From a virus, in the IMG/VR virus record IMGVR_UViG_3300049215_000481, positions 78,857 through 142,856 of that record: a DNA stretch of 64,000 nucleotides; one strand, 5' to 3'. The notes under the pieces were generated by a model, which saw only the letters and a program-made list of their open reading frames with translations, was not told where the DNA came from and made no database searches. Below are positions 27,601-36,041 of this stretch, piece after piece. The position numbers and the translations under genes were made by a program. Position 1 is the first letter of the stretch. The number at the start of each line of letters is the position of its first letter.

Positions 27601-28648
27601 CATCCACGGCATGAAGATGTCGCCGTCGCTGCGCGTGGACGTCGAGCACGTCGGCCTCCCGAAGTACGACGAGGTCCCACAGGAGATCCCCGCGGCGCAG
27701 CCGCTGAAGCGGCCGATGCCGTCCGTCTTCCACTACCGCCGCGCAGGCATGGACCAAGACCACGTCCTGGAGGTGCGTCAAGGGCACTACCTGCTCGACG
27801 GTAACCGTTTGTCCTACCCGGAGGTCCAGTCGGTCGTCAGCAACCTCCGCGACGGCTCGGCGCAGATTCGCTATCCGAACAAGGAAGGCGCAATCGAGCA
27901 GATCCGGAAGATGGAGTCGCAGTTGCAAGACCTGATGAAGGCCGCGTCGGAAGAAGAGGGGCCGGAAATCGACGAGGACGCGATGCTGCAGCATGCACGC
28001 GCGGCCGAGGCGGCTGGACACCTGCCGAAGGGCTTCGCCCGCAACTACGCGCGCTCCCTCTACGAGGACCCGATGACCCCGGGCATGGGCAACAAGAAGG
28101 CGTGGCAGAACTTCGCCGAGAAAAAGAAGCCGGGCACCTACATCCAGATGGACGGGAACTCGTTCAAGGCCATCAACGACGCCTTCGGGCACCAAGGCGG
28201 CGACTCGGCCATCAAGGCGTTCGGAGCAGCCGCACGTTCAGCGATGGACGAAGCTGTCGGTCAGACGCACGGCAAGCTCTTCCGCAACGGCGGCGACGAG
28301 TTCATCGCGCACGTCCCGAGCCCCGAGCACGCGGCCAAGTTCTCGCGCCTGCTCAGTCAGAAGCTCCAGGCGATGCCCGCCATCGAAGGCAAGCACCAGC
28401 TCTCGATGGCATTCGGGTTTGGCCACACACCCGAGCACGCTGACAAGGCGCTCTATGCGGCTAAGGCGCAGAAGATCGATCCGGCTACAGGGAAGTCGCG
28501 CTGGCCGATTGGCCAGGTGCCGAATCTTGCCCACTCCCTGGTGCCTGGTCATGAGGGACCACTCCCTCTTCATGATCCGCAAGCGGCGGCTGTGCATGGG
28601 CTGCAAGATACGCCACAGCCCGCCGCAGCAGCTCAGCCGAATCTCTAA
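24683..28648 (+). CDS. prohead protease polyprotein: protease + HhH-GPD-like domain + GGDEF diguanylate cyclase
   Basis: N-terminal DSSGE, NWEH, FSVEG protease motifs; middle PGLAPKTG...VPDTHIIR; C-terminal DPMTPG...DGNSFKAINDAFGHQGGD...RNGGDEF...ADKALYAAK. Confidence 0.85.
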   Translation: MASTGMIIDGVLGSEAIDSSGEILDVEGADISDVDKGTLLLNWEHEPGEKGANTIVGKVIAAKKIFGPDDCENDRQYAYWQKVKLPFIYGICRLFDGAGHENAKAIAAIIRDNAAHGEMLVCRFSVEGSTLEKEGNRLKASVIRRVAVTVKPCNRTANSGLIEDPNAPEGFETNVAKEKTSDLLSLQDAHKNELAHPLYERLGRSEEITCNPLVDGELAKALTLGGGDVAPSATAGFGALVPQSIGKGTVLATLRDYGSKKKFDKTEFRAFAKMRLPEASDEFLDHFSDMAEDYHVRRAQLVKKEEAAPAAKQPKVKVAKPAAPAAAKPAKAAKPKEQPVDEEDAAPIKIANGTIRGIPTQPLKMRGYKFDEQNGILHTPKGSFPLYNPDKGFATVEHAGAKTPFYKDGKLHVAPGTDMSTVPANTPNPGFREIYNSQPIEDFHSGKVMPNWIRLHELTKSGQLPDEVVMHSAMFSMMSPNTPVRPHELMYSHLADTFEDLGIDPRDPDFKRARKHWLDKDQGTNYPRLAGDYFRNHADAHLSNDSEAKGRKAGELMSFMLGQNKFDNVQQYHKLHSTLVDMVKRHGVNSRAATAELMGHKHKQQLFKQKYGAAKSEARKAGFAAGLRDHKIDYVTAQEAAYGKKIDERQIAGLRKQWRAEADKLGLKNDLSEHAENAAKAKMGEYKGVTVPGLAPKTGRFTFTMLGGGNTFVPDTHIIRHLFGMDADKDGDTLAYLKSVLWNANNHHVLEGIDRWYAKNHPAAQTMQQHPTWGRHFQQDPEQANFPAFWRHWCSIAEDERRRGMVNKSANEFSTHEPFFLKMNSILDRLKKSAVTGIDHGLLARLLVLHSQYHEQFGEIPAQMMYVHHIVPHLLEMAQYRQRHDDLPDFAKHLRVNALEIELRKAASDLQAASLADPQIPTIHGVHLKINGQEHRAGRFAIADGHIHHLEDYYGLLNEVLPEGKLTPAKVATIHGMKMSPSLRVDVEHVGLPKYDEVPQEIPAAQPLKRPMPSVFHYRRAGMDQDHVLEVRQGHYLLDGNRLSYPEVQSVVSNLRDGSAQIRYPNKEGAIEQIRKMESQLQDLMKAASEEEGPEIDEDAMLQHARAAEAAGHLPKGFARNYARSLYEDPMTPGMGNKKAWQNFAEKKKPGTYIQMDGNSFKAINDAFGHQGGDSAIKAFGAAARSAMDEAVGQTHGKLFRNGGDEFIAHVPSPEHAAKFSRLLSQKLQAMPAIEGKHQLSMAFGFGHTPEHADKALYAAKAQKIDPATGKSRWPIGQVPNLAHSLVPGHEGPLPLHDPQAAAVHGLQDTPQPAAAAQPNL

Positions 28649-29090
28649 AGTGGCCGAGGCCGGCGTTGCACGGCTGGCACAGCAGGGCGCGGACCTGCCC
28701 CGTCTCGTGATCGTGGTCAACACTGAAGTATTTCCGCGTTGGCGGACCGCCACAGATCGCACACCCTCCGCCCTGGCTCGCGACCAGTGCATCGTAGTCG
28801 GCCAGCTCTAGACCGTAGAGGTGTCGGAGATGTCGGCGCCTGTTCCCGTTTGCATTGTCGCGCGTGACAGCCTTCCGTCGCTTTTCGGGATGGAGCGCAT
28901 TCCAGGTTGTGGCGTTGTCCTTGGTACAGCTCTTACACAGGCCGTAGAGGCCATAGAAGTGGGTGTCCAACGGCAGCGTCTTCTCGCACTGCCTGCAATT
29001 CCGCAGGTTACGTGCTCGAAGACAGCGCTGGCACCGCGCGGGCGTGTGCGCGCGGCTTGCGACGTACGGGCATCTGAAGTCGTTATTCAC
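28485..29090 (-). CDS. free-standing HNH endonuclease (EndoVII-like), 3' end antisense to the protease polyprotein
   Basis: CAICG...[27 protein letters not shown]. Confidence 0.85.
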   Translation of the reverse strand: MNNDFRCPYVASRAHTPARCQRCLRARNLRNCRQCEKTLPLDTHFYGLYGLCKSCTKDNATTWNALHPEKRRKAVTRDNANGNRRRHLRHLYGLELADYDALVASQGGGCAICGGPPTRKYFSVDHDHETGQVRALLCQPCNAGLGHFRDSAELLRRAVAYLAAHAQPPLADHEEGVVPHDQAPGSGQDSAPGQSASATSL

Positions 29091-29445
29091 ATGCTTTTAG
29101 ATTGCTACTCCGAGCGCGCCGCGCGGCCTTCGAGCACGTCTTGCACGTGCGGCGCCCCTCGTAGAACTCGATGAAGATCGGGAGCAGGGCGCCGCACGGA
29201 CCTCGACACTGGCGGAGTCCGGTCTCCTCGTTGCAGCGCGAGCAGATCTTGTTCTTGTCGAGTGGCCGGTTCCTCAGACACTGCGCACACACAGTGTCGT
29301 AGCGGCTGTCGTAGTACGCCTGCGACCTGCACTCCTTGCAGCGCGACTTCACCTCGCGCCTGCGGTCGGGCGCAGACTCTTCGTGAAACTCGCGGCGCGG
29401 TTTCGGCGTGGTGCAGCCGGCGCACACGTACAACTTCTCGTTCAC
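29083..29445 (-). CDS. multi-CxxC zinc-finger protein
   Basis: CAGC, CKEC, CAQC, CSRC, CRGPC, CKTC; motif B at 29453-29460. Confidence 0.65.
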   Translation of the reverse strand: MNEKLYVCAGCTTPKPRREFHEESAPDRRREVKSRCKECRSQAYYDSRYDTVCAQCLRNRPLDKNKICSRCNEETGLRQCRGPCGALLPIFIEFYEGRRTCKTCSKAARRARSSNLKACE

Positions 29446-29554
29446 GACGCAGAAGATTGCATTGCAGGATTTTTGTCTCGGTTACAGCCGCAATCTCCTA
29501 GGGGCATCGAGCGCGCAGTCGCTCCTTTCAAGTTCCCAACAGGAGATTCATTCA

Positions 29555-30010
29555 ATGTCCGCAAAGTCCCAGGCAATCGCTCACGAGCTGGCCGATGAGC
29601 TGAAGAAGCGTCTCTCGTCTCTCGCCCTCGTCGAGGGTCAGGACACCAACGGCGACGCCACGATCACGATCGGCACGGGCACCGCTGGTCAGAAGAACGT
29701 GTTCATCCGCGTGAAGGCGATCGACTGGCCGCTGGCGACGAACGTCATCGGTCTCGCTCAGCCGGTCTACACGCCCACGGTGATCCAGTTCGTCACCGAG
29801 AAGAACTACGAGGGCACCACGGACAACGTGCTCGACATCCTCGGCCCGGCGGAGCTGCTCCCGCTCATCGGCACGATCGTGGCCAAGGGCACGAACGTCG
29901 AGTGGTACCGCACGAACAACGGCACGGCTCCCACCGTCTCCGGCATCACGGGCGCCGCTGCGGCGACGTGGAAGGAGTCGCTGTACTGGGGCATGAAGGC
30001 GTCCCAGTAG
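29555..30010 (+). CDS. putative head structural protein
   Basis: AGGAG SD; first gene of the scaffold-capsid operon. Confidence 0.6.
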   Translation: MSAKSQAIAHELADELKKRLSSLALVEGQDTNGDATITIGTGTAGQKNVFIRVKAIDWPLATNVIGLAQPVYTPTVIQFVTEKNYEGTTDNVLDILGPAELLPLIGTIVAKGTNVEWYRTNNGTAPTVSGITGAAAATWKESLYWGMKASQ

Positions 30011-30055
30011 GCCCCAGCTCCGTCACTCAGTACGGCTGGAAGGAACACCTACACA

Positions 30056-30997
30056 ATGTCCACGAAAGACATCAACCTCGACACGCTGGTGTCCGAGGTC
30101 AAGAAGGAGCTGGAAGGGCTCCTCAAGGCGGAGGCCGACGTTCTGGCCAAGGCCCATCCCGGCGAGGACACTTCGGACGAGACCCCCGCGGACGAGTCCG
30201 CGACGGCCTCGGAGGCCAGCTCGCCGGCTGACGCGGGTCCTCCCGCTGACGACGCTTCGGCGTCCGCTGCGCCTCCGCCCTCGGGTGACGGCGACGCTGA
30301 CGACGCTCCCCCGGCGGATGCCTCGGGTTCGGCCCCGGCCGACGCGAGCGCCTCGGGCGATCCCGCGGCCGACGCGACCACGGACCACGACGCGCTCGTC
30401 GCCGAGTACAGCAAGCTCGACGCCGAGACGCTGAAGGCGCACTTCCTCGCGGCGAAGGAGGCCCTCATGGCCGCCCTCGGCGCGGACGCAGCCGGAGCGG
30501 CCGACGGCGCCCCCGCAGCTCCTCCCGCTCCGGCGGCGGACGCGGGCGCACCTCCTCCGGCAGCAGCGGCGGCGCCCCCGATGGACGCCGGCTCTCCTCC
30601 TCCCGACGCGCCCCCGGCGCTGAAGGGCGAGATGCCGGCCGACGGCAACGGTGAGAACCCGCTCGACGCGGTTCGCAAGGCCGAGGCCACGGTGAAGGAC
30701 GCCGAGATCGCCGCGCTCAAGAAGAAGGTCGCGGAGCAGGACGAGGCCCTCGGGAAGCTCGTCACGGCGATGAAGGTCGTCGTCGAAGCTCCGGCGCGCA
30801 AGACGGTGACGTCGCTCACCCAGATCAAGAAGAACGAGGGCGTCGACGTCACGTCGATGTCGCGCGACCAGGTTCGCGCCGCTCTCCGTCGCAAGGCGGA
30901 AGGGAAGCTCAGCAAGTCGGACCGCGAGCTGATCAACCAGTTCGCTCTGAACCTCATCACGGTCGAGAAGGTCGCCCACCTCCTCGAAAACAAGTAA
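30056..30997 (+). CDS. putative capsid scaffold protein
   Basis: acidic Ala/Pro-rich with coiled-coil segments, directly upstream of the major capsid gene. Confidence 0.65.
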   Translation: MSTKDINLDTLVSEVKKELEGLLKAEADVLAKAHPGEDTSDETPADESATASEASSPADAGPPADDASASAAPPPSGDGDADDAPPADASGSAPADASASGDPAADATTDHDALVAEYSKLDAETLKAHFLAAKEALMAALGADAAGAADGAPAAPPAPAADAGAPPPAAAAAPPMDAGSPPPDAPPALKGEMPADGNGENPLDAVRKAEATVKDAEIAALKKKVAEQDEALGKLVTAMKVVVEAPARKTVTSLTQIKKNEGVDVTSMSRDQVRAALRRKAEGKLSKSDRELINQFALNLITVEKVAHLLENK

Positions 30998-31064
30998 CCG
31001 GGGTTGACCCGGCAACCAGGGCAGCAACCCCACCAGATACGGAATCACTTAGGAGCCAAGGATC

Positions 31065-32468
31065 ATGAATCTCATCGAGCAAATCGGCGGCCTGGTCAAG
31101 GCACTCGAAGCCGGCAACTACGACGCGGCCCCCAGCCGCCTGCAGCAGGGCGCGGCCCTGCAGGTCGAGGACCTGTCCGACGTCATGCACAACGTGACGT
31201 TCGACCAGGACAAGATCAAGCTGCAGAAGATGCTGAAGGTCGAGAGCTGCAAGAGCCAGCTCGCGCAGTTCAACCGTCAGCTCAGCTACGGCATCATGGG
31301 CGGCGCCGCCGCCATGGAAGGCGGCATCGGTCAGGAGGAGACCTCGGATTACGTCCGTGTGACGGTTCCGATGGCGTACTACTCCGAGCTGCGCCGGGTC
31401 ACGCTCCAGGCCAACCTGGTCGAGACCGTGGACGGCGTGAAGGCGGAGGAGCGCGCGGCTTCGGACGCGGCGATCCACCTGGCGGCGAACATCGAGTTCG
31501 ACTGCTTCCGCGGCATGGCCGACTTCAGCAACGCGGGCGTGTTCGACGGCAACCCGCTGACGATCGCCGACCTCCCGAACATGCACGGTCTCGACCTGCA
31601 GGTTCGCCAGAGCGACAACCAGCGCAGCTCGCGCGACCTCATGTTCTCCGAGTTCGGCTCGGACGAGACGGTCGTGCTCTCGCAGGGCGGCGTCCTGACG
31701 CAGGAGACGGTCGAGGACGCGAGCGTCCGTTCGGCCCTCAACTGGGGTGAGGCGGAGAAGCTCATCATCGACCCGCGCTCGCTCAGCGCGTACAACAAGC
31801 TCGCGTTCGGCATCTCGCGCAACGTTCTCGCGGGCCAGCCGCTGGACGCGACGGGCGCCGACCTGCGCAAGCAGTGGGTGAGCGGCGGCACGGTCTCGAT
31901 CGAGGCGTCGCACTTCCTCCGCGGCAAGTACAAGCCCGCTCCGGCTCGCGCCAACGGCCCCCTGGCCCCGGCGTCGATCTCGCCGGCTTCGACCACGGAC
32001 GCGACGGCCCCCACGGCCTTCACCGCCGGCCAGGTGTACATCTACACCGCGACGAGCTGCAACGAGCTGGGCGAGAGCCTCCAGTGCGCGTCGCAGTCGG
32101 TGACGATCGGGACCACGGCCGACAAGGTCGTCGTGACGATCAACCACCCGGCGTCGGGCACGGTCCGCTTCTTCAACGTCTACCGCACGGTGGCGGGCGG
32201 CGCGGCCGGCACGCAGAAGTTCATCGGCCGCGTGGTCATCACGCCGGGCGCGAACTCGACGACGTTCACGGACCTCGGCAACAAGCTGCCCGGCTTCGTG
32301 ACGGGCTTCCTGATCGAGGGCGACACGATGATGCTCAAGGAGCTGGCGTCGTACTCGCGCGTGAAGCTGGCGGTCACCGACCTCAGCATGCCCGAGGCGC
32401 ACTTCCGCTTCTGCACCCTCGCGGTGACGGAGCCCCGCAAGAACGTCCTCATCGACAACCTGAAGTAG
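31065..32468 (+). CDS. major capsid protein (resembles SPO1/Twort-like MCPs)
   Basis: LVKALEAG...GAALQVEDL N-terminus, EETSDYVR, DAAIHLAANIEFDCFRG; AGGAG SD; followed by a terminator. Confidence 0.88.
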   Translation: MNLIEQIGGLVKALEAGNYDAAPSRLQQGAALQVEDLSDVMHNVTFDQDKIKLQKMLKVESCKSQLAQFNRQLSYGIMGGAAAMEGGIGQEETSDYVRVTVPMAYYSELRRVTLQANLVETVDGVKAEERAASDAAIHLAANIEFDCFRGMADFSNAGVFDGNPLTIADLPNMHGLDLQVRQSDNQRSSRDLMFSEFGSDETVVLSQGGVLTQETVEDASVRSALNWGEAEKLIIDPRSLSAYNKLAFGISRNVLAGQPLDATGADLRKQWVSGGTVSIEASHFLRGKYKPAPARANGPLAPASISPASTTDATAPTAFTAGQVYIYTATSCNELGESLQCASQSVTIGTTADKVVVTINHPASGTVRFFNVYRTVAGGAAGTQKFIGRVVITPGANSTTFTDLGNKLPGFVTGFLIEGDTMMLKELASYSRVKLAVTDLSMPEAHFRFCTLAVTEPRKNVLIDNLK

Positions 32469-32496
32469 TCCTTCAGGACACGCAGTAGGCACCTAG

Positions 32497-32531
32497 AAGG
32501 GCCTCCGGGAAACCGGGGGCCCTTTTCTTTT
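32497..32531 (+). terminator. intrinsic terminator after the major capsid gene
   Basis: AAGGGCCTCCGG-GAAA-CCGGGGGCCCTT followed by TTCTTTT. Confidence 0.85.
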
Positions 32532-32575
32532 GCGCAGCGAGTCGACGGGCGCTGATTCGCTATTGGTTCTTCAAG

Positions 32576-32878
32576 ATGGGCCAGAACCCGCTGCAAAAAC
32601 TCAACGAGAACCCCGACTTGGTCGAGAAGGTTCGCGCTGCCGGCATCGAGCTGGCGATGGCCGCCCCCGGCTTGGTCGACAACGACCCGTACCTCGCCTT
32701 CACCGCCCTGATGGTCGCGACCTGCCAGGTCGGAGCCATCGTCAACATGTCCTACGAGGACGTGGTCAAGCTCATCGGCGAGCAGTTCCAGTACGTCGTC
32801 CGCGAGCAGGCAGCACGCGAGGCCTCGAAGGACGGAGCGCCGGTGATGATGCTGCCGAAACCCCGCGAGGCAGCGTGA
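32576..32878 (+). CDS. hypothetical protein
   Basis: 100 aa; ATTCGCTAT at 32555-32563. Confidence 0.7.
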   Translation: MGQNPLQKLNENPDLVEKVRAAGIELAMAAPGLVDNDPYLAFTALMVATCQVGAIVNMSYEDVVKLIGEQFQYVVREQAAREASKDGAPVMMLPKPREAA

Positions 32879-33189
32879 GCCTGCTGCAGGTCGAAGTCAT
32901 GCGCGGAGAAGCGCTCGTAAGTGCACTCCAGGCTCTGCGCAGGTTCTTCGCCTGGCTGTTCCTCGGGCACATCTGCCCGCAGTGCAGGACGAACCGCACG
33001 GGCCACCGCGCAAAGACCTGGTGGAACGTCCTCTACGACGAGGAGCGGCTGCACGTCTGCAACGACTGCCAGCGCGAGAACAACCTCGCCTACTACCGCA
33101 AGAAGGACGCGCGTGAACGAGAGGCGCGCATCGAAGAGATGGCGGAAGCGATCCGCCGTGCACGATGCACAGGAGACCCCAGTAAGTGA
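32875..33189 (+). CDS. small protein with CxxC pairs
   Basis: GTGA overlap; CPQC and CNDC. Confidence 0.55.
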   Translation: MSLLQVEVMRGEALVSALQALRRFFAWLFLGHICPQCRTNRTGHRAKTWWNVLYDEERLHVCNDCQRENNLAYYRKKDAREREARIEEMAEAIRRARCTGDPSK

Positions 33190-33365
33190 GCAACCAGAAG
33201 AACGTGAAGAAGAGACTCGACGAGATCGCCGCCGCCATCAAGGCCGGCGCCAACCCGGAGAAGTTCAGCGCAGAGATGGACCGACTGCTCGGCACGGAGA
33301 TGACGGAGCGGGACCACGTCGCCGAGGCGACCTGGGAGCATGGGCGCGAGGCCAACCGTGAGTGA
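33186..33365 (+). CDS. small hypothetical protein (not in the ORF track)
   Basis: GTG AGC AAC...: MSNQKNVKKRLDEIAAAIKAGANPEKF...EANRE*, 59 aa. Confidence 0.55.
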   Translation: MSNQKNVKKRLDEIAAAIKAGANPEKFSAEMDRLLGTEMTERDHVAEATWEHGREANRE

Positions 33366-33705
33366 CGTGACCGAGCGCCTCGATAGGATGGAAGCGAAGC
33401 TCCGCGACATGCACACTGGAGGTCACGTCGACGACGAGACGTTCCACAAGGGCCTGCTCGTTCTCGCGTACGAGCACGTACTGCTCGGCGACGCCGAAGA
33501 GGCGAAGAGGTTGGTCGGAGGTGTCTCGGTCGAGTACGCGCAGAACACCTTGGCCAGGCATATGGGGGACGACCCGGCGTTCCACGCGACTGTAACGGCG
33601 CTGGCTCGCTTCCTCGACCCCATCATTCCAGAGGTTCAGGAAGACGAGCCAGAAGTAGCCGTCGTGCTGGTGCAGAAGGTCCAGGATCAGGGATTGAAGA
33701 ACTGA
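33358..33705 (+). CDS. hypothetical protein
   Basis: coding-like frame; start uncertain (33358, 33367 or a later ATG). Confidence 0.6.
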   Translation: MSDVTERLDRMEAKLRDMHTGGHVDDETFHKGLLVLAYEHVLLGDAEEAKRLVGGVSVEYAQNTLARHMGDDPAFHATVTALARFLDPIIPEVQEDEPEVAVVLVQKVQDQGLKN

Positions 33706-34076
33706 AGCTGGACTTTCCCGTCCGGCATGATCTCGATCATTCTGACACCTGCCGCCCGCATCGTTCGCTCGATGGAAGCCATGTCGATGGCTCCTGCTGG
33801 AACGATCTCCGGCGTAGGGAGCCTGATCGATACCTGCGGAGTTTCACCACGCAGCTTCGCCCTCGCGTCCTCGGCGGCGCGCTTCAAGATCTCCGCGACG
33901 AACGCGGTCCCTGGCGCGATGCCGTAGACCCCCTTGGCGTGCTGTCGTGCCTTCACGACTGTCTGTACGTCGTGCGCGAGAGCACGCTCTAGCGCCCACT
34001 GGTACAGCTCTTCCCGCCGTTCCTGCGGCGTGGAAGGTGGCGGATGAGTCCGCCGTGGTTCTGTTTCGTTCGCCAT
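33687..34076 (-). CDS. hypothetical protein
   Basis: 129 aa ORF divergent from the neck operon. Confidence 0.55.
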   Translation of the reverse strand: MANETEPRRTHPPPSTPQERREELYQWALERALAHDVQTVVKARQHAKGVYGIAPGTAFVAEILKRAAEDARAKLRGETPQVSIRLPTPEIVPAGAIDMASIERTMRAAGVRMIEIMPDGKVQLQFFNP

Positions 34077-34211
34077 CTTCTTGGTCCCCCCCCAACGGTT
34101 TTAGTTACGAAACCAATTCTTGCTGTAACGGGAGTGGCCGTCAAGACCTGGACGCGCGTTCAGTGGCGCGTACCAGGATGAACCAGGAACGGACGCAATC
34201 TTCTCGGGGCG

Positions 34212-34610
34212 ATGCTCCTTTCCTGCAGGTTCCTGAACGACGTCGGCAGCGTCAACAGCTTCGAGTACGTCAGCCAGGTCGAGATCTACGCCGGGGACAC
34301 CCAGACCCTGTACTTCCAGCTCATCGACGCGAGCCTGGACCGCCCGGAGCAAGGGTTTCAGCCGTCGGGCCGGCGCTACATGCCGGCCGCGGGCGCCTCC
34401 CTCGTCGTCACGCTCATGAACGTCGACGACGCGAAGAAGGTCGTGCGGACGGCGACTCAGCCGTACCCGCAGGACCCCTCGATCTGGTCGATCCCCATCC
34501 TGGCGACCGACCCTCTGCTCGGGTCCATCAACCTCAAGATGGTGCTGACAGAGGGGCCGAAGTCGCTCGGCTTCACCTCGCAGCCCGGCGCCCTCCTCCG
34601 GGTGCGGTAG
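34212..34610 (+). CDS. putative virion protein (Ig-like beta fold)
   Basis: motif B upstream; beta-rich; precedes the adaptor. Confidence 0.55.
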   Translation: MLLSCRFLNDVGSVNSFEYVSQVEIYAGDTQTLYFQLIDASLDRPEQGFQPSGRRYMPAAGASLVVTLMNVDDAKKVVRTATQPYPQDPSIWSIPILATDPLLGSINLKMVLTEGPKSLGFTSQPGALLRVR

Positions 34611-34613
34611 TCC

Positions 34614-35462
34614 ATGGCCGACTACACGAACAGCAAGGGCGGCCTCGGCGAGGTCTTCCCGATCGGGCAGGTCGCGGCCGACTGGGCGCGCACGGAGCCG
34701 CTCGTCACGCCGGAGAAGCTCGTCCAGCGTCACCTGTGGGGCCTCCCGCTCGTGAGCGGCATGAAGGACCCGATCACGGGCGTCGCCGCGCGCATCACGT
34801 CCGACATGCTCGTCGACTTCATCGACAAGGCGGCAGCGACCGCGGAGCTGGACACCGGACTGACCATCTTCCCGATGCAGATCGAGAAGAAGTTCGAGTG
34901 GTCGCTGAAGGACTACCAGTCGTACGGCTACTTCAAGATCCCCCACCGCCCCGTCGCCTCGATCGAGTCGATGACGGTGAACCTGTCCGACAACAGCGAC
35001 GTCTACAACGTGCCGCTGGAGTGGATCGAGACCGCGAACCTGCAGTGGGGCCAGCTCAACATCATCCCGCTGACGGTCGCGCTGATGGGCGGGAACAGCA
35101 CCGGCATCCCGACGACGGGCGGAGGCATGGCCTTCCTCTCGGCGTTCCAGGGGCGCATGAACTGGATTCCTGCCTTCTGGAAGATCCGGTACACGATCGG
35201 CTTCCCGCAGGGCGCTCTCCCGAAGATGGTGAACGAGCTGATCGGCGTCATCGCGGCGATGGACGTCCTCAGCCAGCTCGGCGCCACGTACGGCAAGTCG
35301 TCGGGCTCCTCGATGTCGATCGACGGCTTCTCGCAGAGCGTGAGCACGCCCGGCCCCGAGATCTTCAAGACACGCCTCGCGGACCTCGAAGCGAAGCGGC
35401 AGATGCTCGTCCGAAAGCTGAAGAATCTCTACAGTCTTCGTCTCTTCTCAGATAACGTCTGA
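34614..35462 (+). CDS. head-tail adaptor / neck protein
   Basis: follows the capsid module; YTIGFP, SMSIDGFSQSVST patterns of adaptor-type neck proteins. Confidence 0.65.
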   Translation: MADYTNSKGGLGEVFPIGQVAADWARTEPLVTPEKLVQRHLWGLPLVSGMKDPITGVAARITSDMLVDFIDKAAATAELDTGLTIFPMQIEKKFEWSLKDYQSYGYFKIPHRPVASIESMTVNLSDNSDVYNVPLEWIETANLQWGQLNIIPLTVALMGGNSTGIPTTGGGMAFLSAFQGRMNWIPAFWKIRYTIGFPQGALPKMVNELIGVIAAMDVLSQLGATYGKSSGSSMSIDGFSQSVSTPGPEIFKTRLADLEAKRQMLVRKLKNLYSLRLFSDNV

Positions 35463-35510
35463 CCTAGGTCGTTCGGTAACGTTTCAACGAGCCGCAATCT
35501 TCGATTCGCG

Positions 35511-36041
35511 ATGCGGCAGGTGTCCTTCCACTTCATGCACAAGAAGCGTCCGACCTCCCGCCACGCGCAGGAGGACAAGGACGGGTGGGTGCGGATGTAC
35601 CAGCAGGGGAAGAGCTATCGCGAGATCGCGGTAGCGTTCGACGTACCGTATCCGAGCGTCTTCTACTATGTCAGGAAGACCCTCGGCATCACTGACGGAC
35701 GGAAGCCCGGACGCAAGAAAAAGTACACGGATCTTTCTCCTCGCCAGGTCCAGCGCAACTGCCAGCTCAGGAACTCGTACGGCATCTCTCTCGACGAGTA
35801 CGCAGTATTGAAGGAGTCGCAGGGTGGCGTCTGCGCGATTTGCGAACTGCCGCCGAAGAACGGCAAGACGTCGACAAGTGCACTGCACGTAGATCACGAC
35901 CACGAGACTGGTCGAGTGCGTGGGCTGCTCTGTCAGAAGTGCAACCCAGCTCTCGGCCAGTTCAACGACGACCCAGACCTGCTGGAGCGTGCGGCCTCGT
36001 ACCTGCGCCTTCACCGTGAAGCTCAGAAGGTGGCTGCGTAG
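35511..36041 (+). CDS. HNH endonuclease (EndoVII-like) with N-terminal HTH
   Basis: [14 protein letters not shown] helix-turn-helix; CAIC...[20 protein letters not shown]. Confidence 0.88.
   Translation: MRQVSFHFMHKKRPTSRHAQEDKDGWVRMYQQGKSYREIAVAFDVPYPSVFYYVRKTLGITDGRKPGRKKKYTDLSPRQVQRNCQLRNSYGISLDEYAVLKESQGGVCAICELPPKNGKTSTSALHVDHDHETGRVRGLLCQKCNPALGQFNDDPDLLERAASYLRLHREAQKVAA

Noticed and set aside
27866-27876. ATTCGCTAT copy inside the protease polyprotein
   Set aside because: It lies within a coding region (QIRYP) with no start nearby; probably chance, although an internal promoter upstream of GGDEF cannot be excluded.
28190-28210. Hypr-type GGDEF making 3',3'-cGAMP
   Set aside because: Hypr enzymes have Ser/Thr at the guanine-binding Asp position. 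Here it is Asp (GHQGGD), so c-di-GMP is the expected product.
34097-34127. sigma70 promoter for the 33687-34076 gene
   Set aside because: Candidate hexamers give 15- or 19-nt spacers; too weak to call.
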